This document shows positions 29,335 to 38,975 of a stretch of 64,000 nucleotides of DNA, piece after piece. The notes below the pieces were generated by a model, which did not search any database, was not told where the DNA came from, and saw only the letters and a program-made list of their open reading frames with translations. Positions within the stretch are counted from its first letter, which is position 1, and each line of letters starts with the position of its first letter. Source of the stretch: Candidatus Poribacteria bacterium (GTDB taxonomy: Bacteria > Poribacteria > WGA-4E > GCA-2687025); assembly GCA_028818695.1 (NCBI GenBank), contig JAPPNK010000020.1, positions 64,632 to 128,631 on the forward strand, read 5' to 3'. Position numbers and translations under genes: made by a program.

Positions 29335-29731
29335 ACGGGGGCCACCAGTCGGGGTTTTCGCGGATAGGGGCGGACAGCTCTGCCTCGGCTCCGAGGCGAT
29401 ATTTGTCGGGCGCGCTGTCGTTTTCAGGAGCGATGCCAACCAGCCCGCGCGCGTTGTCAAAAATGAACTGCCCGCCCCATGGCGTCTCAAGCATATTGGG
29501 CGAGTCGAGATACGGCCCGCGCCAGCCCTCCGCGCCTGGATCATTCAGCAGATGATTCGGATCCATGCATTGCCGCCCTGTTTGACGCGCGAACCGCGCC
29601 GCGGCGTCCGAGATCGTTTCCAGGCGCGTTGCCGCCGCGTTCACCTTTCGGCTGTCCATATAAACCGGTATCGTGAACGCCCCCGCCAAGACCGCCGCAA
29701 CAGCCAATACAGCCGCCTTCAAGATTCGCAT
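29315..29731 (-). CDS. GspG-like pseudopilin C-terminal domain protein with Sec-type rather than prepilin-type N-terminus
   Basis: C-terminal block WRGPYLDSPNMLETPWGGQFIF resembles GspG; the N-terminus (MRILKAAVLAVAAVLAGA) lacks the G-F-T-L-I-E prepilin leader. Confidence 0.5.
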   Translation of the reverse strand: MRILKAAVLAVAAVLAGAFTIPVYMDSRKVNAAATRLETISDAAARFARQTGRQCMDPNHLLNDPGAEGWRGPYLDSPNMLETPWGGQFIFDNARGLVGIAPENDSAPDKYRLGAEAELSAPIRENPDWWPPYDPDDP

Positions 29732-30309
29732 TCGTCCAATTTCTCCTTCCACGCGCGCAGAATGTTCAACGCTCCGTCAACATCGCCCTTCCGCAGACGC
29801 TCTAGAGCCGCTTCGTCCGCCTGTCCGCGCGCCTCGCCCATCAAAGCTGCCAGCTCCTCATATTCATGCCCGTACCGTTCTTCAAGTTCCTCCCGCATCT
29901 GCTTCGCCAACGCTGGGCTAAGTCCGCCCGTCGAGACGGCGACCGTCAACGCCCCGCGCTGAACCGCCCCCGGCGTATGGAACGTCGCGTCGTCAAGCGC
30001 ATGGGCGCTGTTGACCCAGATCCCCAAGCGCCGAGCGCAGCGCGCCATCGATTCGTTCACAGCGCGCGAATCGGTCAACGCGAACGCAAGCCGGAAACCG
30101 TCCAGATCGCTCGGCTCAAACGCGCGCCGCAGCCATCGAAACGCGCCGGACGCCTCCAGCTTCGTCAGCCCCTCGTTCAGCGTCGGGCTAACGACGGTCG
30201 CCTTCGCGCCGCATGCCAACAGACGCCGTATCTTCCGCTCCGCCACCTTCCCGCCGCCGGCGACCAGGGCCGCCTCCCCCCGCAGTTTTACAAAAATAGG
30301 ATACATCAA
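29719..30309 (-). CDS. Precorrin-2 dehydrogenase / sirohydrochlorin ferrochelatase (sirohaem synthase N-terminal domain-like)
   Basis: PIFVKLRGEAALVAGGGKVAERKIRRLLACGAKATVV Rossmann-type motif characteristic of the CysG N-domain / Met8 family. Confidence 0.7.
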   Translation of the reverse strand: MMYPIFVKLRGEAALVAGGGKVAERKIRRLLACGAKATVVSPTLNEGLTKLEASGAFRWLRRAFEPSDLDGFRLAFALTDSRAVNESMARCARRLGIWVNSAHALDDATFHTPGAVQRGALTVAVSTGGLSPALAKQMREELEERYGHEYEELAALMGEARGQADEAALERLRKGDVDGALNILRAWKEKLDECES

Positions 30310-30371
30310 AACGGACGCCTCCCTCTGACCTTGTCCTTAAGTTGGACATCCTCAAGAGCCTAATTTCGCTG

Positions 30372-30522
30372 GTAGCCTCTACAGGCGACGATATACGAAA
30401 ATCCTGTTCAAATCGGGCAGATCGTCATTCCCTCGAAAGCGGGAATCCAGAGTTCTCCCAGACAGCCTTCGCATTCTAAAACGGCTCTTTAAAATCAAAA
30501 TCATCGCCTATTAGAGACTGCC
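30372..30522. repeat. MITE-like repeat element, copy A (about 150 bp, short terminal inverted repeats, embeds the palindromic unit at 30424-30450)
   Basis: About 93% identical by eye over 150 bp to the copy at 60361-60538; ends GGCAGCCTCTA ... TAGAGACTGCC are inverted repeats; lies in the divergent intergenic region. Confidence 0.7.
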
Positions 30523-30594
30523 ACTTCGCTCCTTCGGTTGACATGCCGTTCAAAAAAGCGCACCATGTCTCCAACGACCTATTGTAGAGAGCGA

Positions 30595-31617
30595 ATGATG
30601 AACGCGCAACAGACATCTCCCATACCGATCACAATCCTATGCGGATTCCTCGGCAGCGGCAAAACGACTCTCCTGAACCGCATACTCAGCGAAAACAGGG
30701 ACTTAAAAACGGCCGTCATCGTGAACGAATTCGGCGAAATCGGCATCGACAATCAGCTCATCGAAAGCGTGGATGAGCTGAACGGCGTCGTAGAACTCAA
30801 CAACGGCTGCATCTGCTGCACCATCAACGCCGATCTGCTAGAGACCGTTCATAACCTGCTTGAAACGAGAGACGGGCAGATCGATTATATTCTCATCGAA
30901 ACGACCGGGCTTGCGGATCCGCAGCCCGTTGCGCAGACGCTCTGGGTTCCAGAAATCGTCGAAAAGGCGTTCATCGATTCCATCGTTACGATGGTGGACG
31001 CGGTGAATCTGCCGCAGGCGATGGAAGAGACGCGGATCGCCGAAGCGCAGATCGCCTTCGCCGACTTTATCGTTCTCAACAAGGTCGGCGCGGCGAAGAC
31101 GAAATCTGTTCAGCGCATCGAAAAACAGATTCTCGCTCTGAACCCGTATGCGCGCATCCTGAAGACGAACTACGCCGACATCGACCTGAATCTGATTTTG
31201 GACGTCGGCGTCTTTCAGTTGGACGAACCGACCGGCGAAGACGCGCATGAACATGATCATGAGCATGACCACAACCATGATCATGACCATGAACACGAAC
31301 ATGAGCATGACAGCGCGGAAAAAGGGTATGCGTCCGCCTCGTTTGCGTTGGATCGTCCAATGAAGGCGCAGGCGTTTAAATCCTTTTTAGAGCAGATGCC
31401 GCGAACTATTTTCAGGGCGAAGGGCGTACTCTGGTTTTTGGGAGAGGATCGGCGCGCGCATTTCAACCAGGTCGGCAGCAGCGTTATGATGGAATGGGGA
31501 GCAAAATGGGGAGAGACTGCGCAGAGCCAAATCGTGTTCATTGGGCAAAAATTTGACGAGGACGCGCTTCGCAAAAGCCTAGAGAGCTGCCTTGTCGATC
31601 CGCCGGCGCCGCGCTAG
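30595..31617 (+). CDS. CobW/COG0523-family GTPase (putative zinc metallochaperone) with His-rich insert
   Basis: GTPase motifs GFLGSGKTT, CxCC (GCICCT); His/Asp/Glu-rich stretch HEHDHEHDHNHDHDHEHEHEHD; start at internal Met. Confidence 0.85.
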   Translation: MMNAQQTSPIPITILCGFLGSGKTTLLNRILSENRDLKTAVIVNEFGEIGIDNQLIESVDELNGVVELNNGCICCTINADLLETVHNLLETRDGQIDYILIETTGLADPQPVAQTLWVPEIVEKAFIDSIVTMVDAVNLPQAMEETRIAEAQIAFADFIVLNKVGAAKTKSVQRIEKQILALNPYARILKTNYADIDLNLILDVGVFQLDEPTGEDAHEHDHEHDHNHDHDHEHEHEHDSAEKGYASASFALDRPMKAQAFKSFLEQMPRTIFRAKGVLWFLGEDRRAHFNQVGSSVMMEWGAKWGETAQSQIVFIGQKFDEDALRKSLESCLVDPPAPR

Positions 31618-32615
31618 ATTTGACGGCGGCGCAGGCCGTTCCCCGGTCGGTTTGTCAAGATCAGCCGCCCGTTCTTCATCAGCATCGGCTCAAAAGGGTC
31701 GTTGTCGATCAACAGATGCCCGTCCAGGTCCGCATGGTCGGCAAGCGGAGCGATATGCGCCATTGCGGCAACGCCCGCCGAACTCTCAATCATGCATCCC
31801 GTCATGACGCGCATTCCGTATGAGCGCGCCAATCGAGCCGCCGTCAAGACCTCCGTTGGACCGCCGCACTTCGACAGCTTGAGATTCACCCCGTCCACAG
31901 CGCCGGCAAGGGTCGGTATCTCCTTGGCGGAACGGCAGCTCTCATCGGCGAAGATGGGCAGCGGCGACCGCTCCCGCACATACCGCAGCCCGTCGATATC
32001 GTCCGCGCGGACAGGCTGCTCAACCAGCTCAACGCCCAAATCTGCCAGCGCGGCGCACAACTCGACCGCCTCTTCCCGCGTCCATCCCCCGTTTGCATCG
32101 ACCCGCATCGGCTTCTTCGACGCTCCCCGCAGCGCGCGTATCACGTCCAGATCGTTCTTCCCGCCCAGCTTCACCTTCAAGACCGCGTATTCCGCCGCCG
32201 CTTCCGCTTTTTCGAGCATGCGGGCGCGGTCGTCCAGCCCGATGGTGAACGAGGTGGGCGGCATTTCGCTCGGATCGGCGCCCCATAGTTTCCATAGAGG
32301 CGCGCCGAGAGAGCGTCCGAGGCCGTCCCAGAGAGCCGTTTCGAGAGCGCATCGGGCGGGTCTTCCGCCTTTGAAACGGCGCATGACAGACTCGATGGGC
32401 GCGTCGTCGGGCAAGCTTTCCAGCTCGGCGCGGCAGCGTTCAAGATCGTTGACAACGCCCTTAATCGATTCCCCGTAATAGGACCGAGGAGCCGCCTCGC
32501 CGACGCCTCCGCCCGCCCGTACCAGAACCGTTTGGCGCGTGAGGTCCGCGTCGGTTGATGCAATCTTGAACGGATCCCGCAGACGCAGCTCCGCGACCTC
32601 CCATTCCAACTTCAT
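31614..32615 (-). CDS. Dipeptide epimerase (enolase superfamily, L-Ala-D/L-Glu epimerase-like)
   Basis: 333 aa; enolase-superfamily pattern with KVKLG, RVDANGGW and Asp/Glu metal ligands. Confidence 0.75.
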   Translation of the reverse strand: MKLEWEVAELRLRDPFKIASTDADLTRQTVLVRAGGGVGEAAPRSYYGESIKGVVNDLERCRAELESLPDDAPIESVMRRFKGGRPARCALETALWDGLGRSLGAPLWKLWGADPSEMPPTSFTIGLDDRARMLEKAEAAAEYAVLKVKLGGKNDLDVIRALRGASKKPMRVDANGGWTREEAVELCAALADLGVELVEQPVRADDIDGLRYVRERSPLPIFADESCRSAKEIPTLAGAVDGVNLKLSKCGGPTEVLTAARLARSYGMRVMTGCMIESSAGVAAMAHIAPLADHADLDGHLLIDNDPFEPMLMKNGRLILTNRPGNGLRRRQI

Positions 32616-33676
32616 GGCAGCGTCTCTTGTAAAGCGTCCAGCAGTTTGTCGGCGCCGAACCGTATCGGGTCGGAGGCGGGGAGGCCTGTTTGCCGCTCCG
32701 CGTCTTCAACCGCCGCGCGCGCCTCCTCGTCGGACAGATCGAACGTATTGAGCGCAACCGCCGCCACAGGCGCGGGAGCCAGCCACCCTGCCGCCGTTTC
32801 GTAGAGGCGGACAAGTTCGTTGAGCGGCGGGATCGGCAAATCGAACCGCGCGAGGAAACGGCGCGAAGGCTGATGGCAGAGAACCATCGCGTTCGGCGCG
32901 GCTCCATGCAGCAGGCCGAGCGTCACGCCGGAATAGGACGGATGCGTCAAAGAACCTTGCCCCTCCACAAAAAGCCAGTCCGGTTGAACCGCCTCAAACC
33001 GCTCAAGCAGGATCTGCTCCGCCGCGCCGGAGATAAAGTCGGCGACGACCGCGTCCACGGCGATGCCGGCGCCGCTCAACATGATTCCGATCTGCCCCGT
33101 TGCGCAGAAGGCTGGTTTCCATTCGCGCTGGGCGGCGGCGCTGTTCATCTCTAGGGCGGCGACCATCTTTCCGACTCGGCAGTCGGAGCCGACGGTCAGA
33201 ACGCGCTTCGCGTTGAGCCGCAGGGCGCGCCCTCTTCCAACCGGCAGATTCTCCGGCGGACGGCGCAGGTCCCATATCCGCGCGCCCGATTTTTTCGCCG
33301 CCTCGGCGAATTCAGGGTCCAAGGCTAAGAGCTGATGCAGCCCGCTCATCGCATGAAGCCCATGACGCAGCGCCGACAAGACAACGGAGCGCCAGCTCTC
33401 CGGCAGACTTCCCCCAGGCGGCGCGATCCCGATCGCAAGCAGCGTCGGGCGGAACTGTAACGCTTCCTCTAGGTTCGCGACGACAGGCGCGCTTCCGCCA
33501 ACCCCGATCGCCTCCTGCGCCGTGCGCCCGGCGTTCATCGAGTCGATGACGCAGACGACGCGGTCGGAACGGTAGCGAAGCATCGCCGCCGCAAATTTCG
33601 ACTCTAGAGCGCCGAACGAACCTTCCGCCAGTATCGCGGCTTTTTCCTTGTTTAAATCGAACGGGTATTCCAGCAT
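32612..33676 (-). CDS. DUF1611-family protein (commonly adjacent to dipeptide epimerases)
   Basis: 354 aa; overall resemblance to the DUF1611 family and conserved pairing with the downstream epimerase; weak motif basis. Confidence 0.5.
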   Translation of the reverse strand: MLEYPFDLNKEKAAILAEGSFGALESKFAAAMLRYRSDRVVCVIDSMNAGRTAQEAIGVGGSAPVVANLEEALQFRPTLLAIGIAPPGGSLPESWRSVVLSALRHGLHAMSGLHQLLALDPEFAEAAKKSGARIWDLRRPPENLPVGRGRALRLNAKRVLTVGSDCRVGKMVAALEMNSAAAQREWKPAFCATGQIGIMLSGAGIAVDAVVADFISGAAEQILLERFEAVQPDWLFVEGQGSLTHPSYSGVTLGLLHGAAPNAMVLCHQPSRRFLARFDLPIPPLNELVRLYETAAGWLAPAPVAAVALNTFDLSDEEARAAVEDAERQTGLPASDPIRFGADKLLDALQETLP

Positions 33677-33896
33677 CGCGCCTCATCAAAATCAATCATC
33701 GCATTTAATCTTAGCGTATCAGCCGACAATCCTCAAAATATGTCGAGGCAAGACGCCATAAGCTGGGAGGTTGGGGCATGTCGGTATGCGAATCTGGATA
33801 GGATCAAAAAATAAAAATCTCCGTATAAGCGTACTGCCGTCAGGCTAGCGCGCTTGATTTCTTTAGCCGAATCTGCCATCATAGACCCGGTGAGGA

Positions 33897-34409
33897 ATGC
33901 ATATGAAACATGAACATCCCAAAGGAGAACCTAAGCGCATGACATGGCTGCTTTTTGCGCTCATGACCGCTCTGTTCTTCGGTCTTTACGGCGTCTTTTT
34001 GCATACGGGCCAGATCGGCATGAAAGATCCAGACATGGGTCGGTATAAAGCGTTTCTGTTTGTCGGCATCGCATATCTGCTGGCGGCAGTGATCGGATCG
34101 GCGCTGATGCTCCTGGCGGGCGAGGCGTCATGGTCGTTTCCCGCCAAGGGCGCGTTCTGGTCGACCATGGCTGGGTTAGCTGGCGCGTTCGGCGCGTTCG
34201 GCATCCTGTTATCGTTCGGCGCGAAAGGAACCCCCGCAGTCGTCATGTCGATCGTGTTTGCCGGCGCGCCGATTGTGAACGCATTTGCGGCGGCGATTGC
34301 GCATCCTCCTGAAGGCGGCTGGGGGAACGTCCAATGGCCGTTCTACGTCGGAATACTGCTGGCGGCGGCTGGGGGATGTCTTGTGACGCTGTATCGACCT
34401 GGCTCCTGA
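33897..34409 (+). CDS. Small integral membrane protein, function unknown
   Basis: 170 aa with four or five hydrophobic segments; start may be the internal Met at 33939. Confidence 0.5.
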   Translation: MHMKHEHPKGEPKRMTWLLFALMTALFFGLYGVFLHTGQIGMKDPDMGRYKAFLFVGIAYLLAAVIGSALMLLAGEASWSFPAKGAFWSTMAGLAGAFGAFGILLSFGAKGTPAVVMSIVFAGAPIVNAFAAAIAHPPEGGWGNVQWPFYVGILLAAAGGCLVTLYRPGS

Positions 34410-34418
34410 GGCGTCGCG

Positions 34419-34853
34419 GTGAGTAAAGTTTTCCGAACTGGGCGCGTAATTGAATTCTCCGATACGGACGCCGCCGGCATCGTCCATTTTGCGCGGTATA
34501 TGGCGTTTATGGAGACGGCGGAGCATCAATTTCTCCATTCGCTTGGAACCGATGTGATGTTCGAGCATGGGGGAAATCGGATCGGGCTGCCGCGCGTTTC
34601 CGCTTCGTGCGATTACAAACGGCCGCTTTTCTATAAAGACAAGATCGAAATACAGGTGCGCGTTCTCCGCATCGGGACAAAATCGGTGAAATACGGGTTC
34701 CGCTTCACGCGCGGCGAGGAGGAGACGGCCGCCGGCTCTATTGTGTGCGCCTGCTGCCTCATCAACCCCGACGAGCCGATGCGGTCTATCGAACTGCCAG
34801 ACTTTTTTAAAGAGCTGATTGGACCTTACCTTCATGACGACGCCGCGCCTTGA
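34419..34853 (+). CDS. Acyl-CoA thioesterase (hotdog fold)
   Basis: 144 aa; RVIEFSDTDAAGIVHFARYMAFMETAEHQFL typical of YbgC/4HBT thioesterases. Confidence 0.7.
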   Translation: MSKVFRTGRVIEFSDTDAAGIVHFARYMAFMETAEHQFLHSLGTDVMFEHGGNRIGLPRVSASCDYKRPLFYKDKIEIQVRVLRIGTKSVKYGFRFTRGEEETAAGSIVCACCLINPDEPMRSIELPDFFKELIGPYLHDDAAP

Positions 34854-35514
34854 GGTTCTTAACATTCATAAAACCTTCGGCAGCGGAGCGAATGCCGTTC
34901 ATGCGCTTCGGGGAGCGTCGCTGTCGCTGAACGCCGGCGAATCCCTTGCGGTGATGGGATCCTCCGGCTGCGGAAAGTCGACGCTGCTGCATATCATTGG
35001 AACGCTGGACAGACCCGATTCGGGGCGGGTGAAGATCGACGGGGAGGATCCGTTTCGGCTGAATGAACGGGAGCTGGCGCGTTTCCGAAACCGCGATGTC
35101 GGCTTTGTGTTTCAAGACCATTGCCTGCTGCCGCAGTATTCGGGGCTAGAAAATGCGCTGTTGCCGACGATACCGATGAAGACAGACCGCGCCGAAGCGC
35201 GCAAACGCGCCGAAGAGCTGATGAAGCGCGTCGGGCTTCTTGACCGGCAGATGAACCGCCCCGCCGAGCTCTCCGGCGGGGAGCGGCAGCGTTTTGCGGC
35301 GGTCAGGGCGATGATCAATCGCCCGAAGCTGCTGCTGTGCGACGAGCCGACGGGAAATCTGGACGAGGCGTCCGCACAGAAAGCCGCCGACGCCCTGTTT
35401 GAGCTGCAGGCGGCTGAAGGCGCTTCATTGGCGATTGTGACGCATGATCCTGGATTGGCGGCGCGGTGCGATCGGCGCGTTCGTCTGGAGGGGGGCATGT
35501 GCGTCGAGGTCTGA
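34819..35514 (+). CDS. ABC transporter ATP-binding protein (LolD/MacB-type)
   Basis: Walker A GSSGCGKST, signature LSGGERQR, Walker B LLLCDEPTGNLD. Confidence 0.85.
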   Translation: MDLTFMTTPRLEVLNIHKTFGSGANAVHALRGASLSLNAGESLAVMGSSGCGKSTLLHIIGTLDRPDSGRVKIDGEDPFRLNERELARFRNRDVGFVFQDHCLLPQYSGLENALLPTIPMKTDRAEARKRAEELMKRVGLLDRQMNRPAELSGGERQRFAAVRAMINRPKLLLCDEPTGNLDEASAQKAADALFELQAAEGASLAIVTHDPGLAARCDRRVRLEGGMCVEV

Positions 35515-38500
35515 TCTACTACTGGCGGACGCATCTCGCCGTTCTCGCTGCGAGCGCGGTCGCGGCGTCAGTCGTCATTGGGGCGATTGTGATCGGAGAT
35601 TCGGCGCGGGGGAGTCTGCGCGAGACGGCTCTTGAGGGTCTTGGACGCATTGAGAGCGTTCATCTGTCGGAGCATTTTTTTCGGGAGGAGTTGGCGCAGA
35701 AGATCGGGGCGCGCCCCGCGCTGTTGTCAGGCGGCTCGGCTTCGTCGTCAGGAGGGGCGCGCGCGTCGGGGGTTCAGATCGCGGGCGTTGATGAGCGGTT
35801 CTTGGAGCTGTATGAAGATACGGATGAGATTCTTGAGGCGCTGAACGAAGAGAGCGTACCTCCGCCTGCCGCGTTGAACGAGCCTCTGGCGAAGGAGCTG
35901 AATCTCAAGGTTGGGAGCGAGGCGGTCCTTTACGCCGCGTCCAGAAGCGGGGCGCATCCTGAAAACATACTCGGCTCGCGCGGCGCCGACAGCGACACCG
36001 AGGCGATGCGAATACGGGTTGCTCATATCATGCCGGCGCGGGGGGTTGGGCGTTTTAGCCTTCGTCCGAGCGGGTCGGCGCCGTTCAATGTTTTTTTGCG
36101 TCTGGATCGTCTTCAGCGCGCCCTTGGCATTCCTGAACGGGCCAACCTAGCGGCGGTCGCCCTTGGAGAGGATAAAGCCGCGTTTCAAAAGGCGTTTCGC
36201 GCCCATGCCGATTTGAGCGATCGGGGGCTGGCCGTTCGAACCGCCCCGTTTCCCCTTAACGAAAACAAAGGTGATATATGGTCGTATGAAAGCCCAAACT
36301 TCACGCTGAATACAGAGCAGACAGAGGATCTGTTGGCAGTGGCGCGGAGGCTCAATCTGCCGGCGCAGATCAACATGACCTATGTCGCCAATCGGCTTGA
36401 AGCGAACGGGCGCATGGCGCCGTACTCGACGGTCGCGGCGTTGTCGAGGTCGGCGGCTCCGTTTCCGCGGCTCGTTTTGACGGACGGGTCGCCCGCTCCG
36501 CCGTTGGACGCCGAAGGGGTTTATATCAACGCTTGGCTGGCAGAGGATCTGGGGGCGGATGTCGGAGACGCGCTGCGCATGGCGTATTTTACGTTGGAGC
36601 GCGGGGCGTTCGTTGAGCATGAGGCTGAATTCGCCGTGCGCGGAGTTGTACAAATGAGCGGCGCAGCCGTTCATCCATTGTTGACGCCTGAAATCCCCGG
36701 CCTCGGCGATTCGGACAATTTGAGCGACTGGGAGGAGACCTTCCCGTTTGATCGGAATCTAATACGCCCTAAAGACGAAACATACTGGGACGACTACCGA
36801 GCCGCGCCGAAAGCGTTTTTTTCGATGGAGGCGGCGAGGCGGATGTGGAGCCGCGCCTCTTCGGCGGGAGGCGGCGAGGCGACCTCCATATGGGTCATGG
36901 GGGACAGGTCGGACGGGGAGCGCGTCCGCTCTGCGCTGACAGCCGCCGCGAGGGTTCCGTTGATAGACGCGCGCGAAAACGCGCTGAAAGCGTCCACCGG
37001 CTCAACCGACTTTGCGGGACTTTTCGCCGGCTTCAGCATGTTTTTGATCGGATCGGCGGCGCTGCTGGTCGGTCTGCTGTTCCGTCTCGGCGTGGAGGAG
37101 CGGTCCGGCGAGGTCGGTCTGCTGCTGGCTCTCGGTTTTACGCCCTGGGCGGTTCGCCGCCGCTTTTTGGCGGAGGGGCTGGCGTTGAGCGGCGTCGGGT
37201 CGGCGGTCGGCGCGGCGGGAGCGTATGCGTACTCGCATCTGATTTTGACGGCTCTTCAAACGCGCTGGCGTCCGGCAGTAGGCGAGACGCCGCTGTCGGT
37301 CCATTGGAGCTGGGAAAGCGCCGCGCTGGGCTGGCTCTTGTCGACATGCGCGGCGTTGGCGGCGGTTTTCTGGGCGACGCGCCAACTGAAGCGCGTCTCC
37401 CCGCGCCAGTTGACCGCCGGCGCAGCTGCGCAAGGTCTTGAGCAGGTCGGCGCGGGGCGTCCGTATCTTTCTTGGGTCATGGTCGGATTCGGCTGCCTAT
37501 TGTGGTTTTTCTCCGAGTCTCCCGCGCTCTTTTTTGGATCGGGCTGTCTGCTTTTGGGCGGCGGAATGGGTCTCTTTCGGGCATGGCTGCGCCGCTCTAG
37601 GAGATCGTCGGGAAGAATGGGGGCGTCGGACGCAAAGCGCAATCCGTCGCGCAGCGCCGCTTCGGCTGCGCTGGTCGCCTGCGCCTGTTTTATTCTGGTC
37701 GCCGTCGGCGCAAATCGACGCCCTGTTGAGATCGACGACGCCTCTACAGGCGGATACGATCTCATGGCAAGCTCCGATGCTCCGCTCTACATCAACTTGA
37801 ACGACCCTGACGCGCGGATCGATGCCGGGGCTGACCTGGACGCCGGCGTCCGCGTTCTTTCGCTGCGTTCAACGGCAGGCGAGGACGCAAGCTGCTTGAA
37901 TCTCTATAGACCGCAGACGCCGCGGCTGCTGGGGGCGTCCGACGAATTCATTGAACAAAACCGCTTTCAGTTCGTGGAATCGATTGCGGAAGAAGGGGAA
38001 AAGAACCCGTGGAGGCTGTTGAAGAAGCCGATTGAGTTGGGCGATCTGCCGGCAGTTCCCGATGAGCCTTCACCCCAATTTATCTACCATCTGCCGGCAA
38101 TTGCCGATGAGCATTCCGCCCGCTGGATCCTCCACCTGAACTTGGGAGACGCATTGACCGTCGAGAATGAGCGGGGCGAACTGCTGAGCTTGCGCCTTGT
38201 CGGCTTATTGAAAACGAGCGTTTTTCAAAGCGATCTGATTGTTTCTGAAGAGACGCTGCTGCGCCACTTTCCAAGCCGAGGCGGATTCACCCGTTTTCTC
38301 ATCGAATCGCCCGACGAAGACATCTCTAAGACGGCGGAGGAGATGGAGCGCGCGCTGCGCCGATACGGTTTTGACGCCGTCTCAACCGAGACGCTGCTGA
38401 AGCGTTTCCACACGATAGAGGAAACCTATCTGTCGGCGTTTCAGACGCTCGGAAGCCTCGGACTGCTGCTGGGCGTCGTCGGGCTGGCGGTGACGCAGCT

Positions 38501-38795
38501 GCGGAACGCTCTGGAGCGGCGGCGGGAGCTGGCGCTGTTGCTTGCGGTCGGCTATCGGCGGAGTCAGCTGATCTGGGCTGCGTCGATGGAGAACGCTTTC
38601 ATTCTGCTTGCAGGCATGGCTCTCGGCGCAGGACCGGCTCTTGCGGCGTCCGCGCATCAGATACGCGCTTCGTCTCTTCTTCCGCTGCTGATCACATTGG
38701 CGGTTGTGTTTGCTGTCGGCGCGTTGACGGGGGCGGCCGCGTCGTCCGCCGCGCTGCAGGCGCCGTTGCTTCCCGCGTTGAAAGGCGCGCGTTGA
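35499..38795 (+). CDS. Very large FtsX-family ABC transporter permease (about 1100 aa, two FtsX-like membrane domains with large extracytoplasmic regions)
   Basis: Hydrophobic FtsX-like blocks near residues 500-700 and in the C-terminal 150 aa; GTG start after a GGAGGGGGG RBS overlapping the ATPase stop; track ORF starts at 35466. Confidence 0.75.
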   Translation: MRRGLIYYWRTHLAVLAASAVAASVVIGAIVIGDSARGSLRETALEGLGRIESVHLSEHFFREELAQKIGARPALLSGGSASSSGGARASGVQIAGVDERFLELYEDTDEILEALNEESVPPPAALNEPLAKELNLKVGSEAVLYAASRSGAHPENILGSRGADSDTEAMRIRVAHIMPARGVGRFSLRPSGSAPFNVFLRLDRLQRALGIPERANLAAVALGEDKAAFQKAFRAHADLSDRGLAVRTAPFPLNENKGDIWSYESPNFTLNTEQTEDLLAVARRLNLPAQINMTYVANRLEANGRMAPYSTVAALSRSAAPFPRLVLTDGSPAPPLDAEGVYINAWLAEDLGADVGDALRMAYFTLERGAFVEHEAEFAVRGVVQMSGAAVHPLLTPEIPGLGDSDNLSDWEETFPFDRNLIRPKDETYWDDYRAAPKAFFSMEAARRMWSRASSAGGGEATSIWVMGDRSDGERVRSALTAAARVPLIDARENALKASTGSTDFAGLFAGFSMFLIGSAALLVGLLFRLGVEERSGEVGLLLALGFTPWAVRRRFLAEGLALSGVGSAVGAAGAYAYSHLILTALQTRWRPAVGETPLSVHWSWESAALGWLLSTCAALAAVFWATRQLKRVSPRQLTAGAAAQGLEQVGAGRPYLSWVMVGFGCLLWFFSESPALFFGSGCLLLGGGMGLFRAWLRRSRRSSGRMGASDAKRNPSRSAASAALVACACFILVAVGANRRPVEIDDASTGGYDLMASSDAPLYINLNDPDARIDAGADLDAGVRVLSLRSTAGEDASCLNLYRPQTPRLLGASDEFIEQNRFQFVESIAEEGEKNPWRLLKKPIELGDLPAVPDEPSPQFIYHLPAIADEHSARWILHLNLGDALTVENERGELLSLRLVGLLKTSVFQSDLIVSEETLLRHFPSRGGFTRFLIESPDEDISKTAEEMERALRRYGFDAVSTETLLKRFHTIEETYLSAFQTLGSLGLLLGVVGLAVTQLRNALERRRELALLLAVGYRRSQLIWAASMENAFILLAGMALGAGPALAASAHQIRASSLLPLLITLAVVFAVGALTGAAASSAALQAPLLPALKGAR

Positions 38796-38848
38796 GCCGC
38801 CTTTTTTAAAAACAAAATGCGAAATGCGGACGTCGGCCGCTGGACTCT

Positions 38849-38872
38849 GGATTCCCATTTGCGCGGGAATGG
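38849..38872. repeat. Palindromic repeat unit variant GGATTCCCATTTGCGCGGGAATGG
   Basis: Same ATTCCC...GGGAAT inverted-repeat architecture as the other units, opposite orientation, in the intergenic region upstream of the sulfatase gene. Confidence 0.55.
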
Positions 38873-38975
38873 CGGTTTGCCGGCAACCAAGCTTGCGGAA
38901 CGGGGCGTTTCAGCTTAGTACTAATGCGCGCTGGCGCCCAGAGATACTGACTGCCCGACCTCATAAGGAGACCGC

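Noticed and set aside
31250-31315. Repetitive CAT/GAC/GAA-rich DNA encoding the His-rich stretch of the CobW-type GTPase
   Set aside because: It is a coding low-complexity tract typical of COG0523 metallochaperones, not an independent repeat element or CRISPR-like array.
33677-33896. Possible riboswitch or sRNA in the 220-bp intergenic region upstream of the small membrane protein gene
   Set aside because: No recognisable conserved riboswitch core or convincing terminator/antiterminator pair could be identified by eye; left unannotated.
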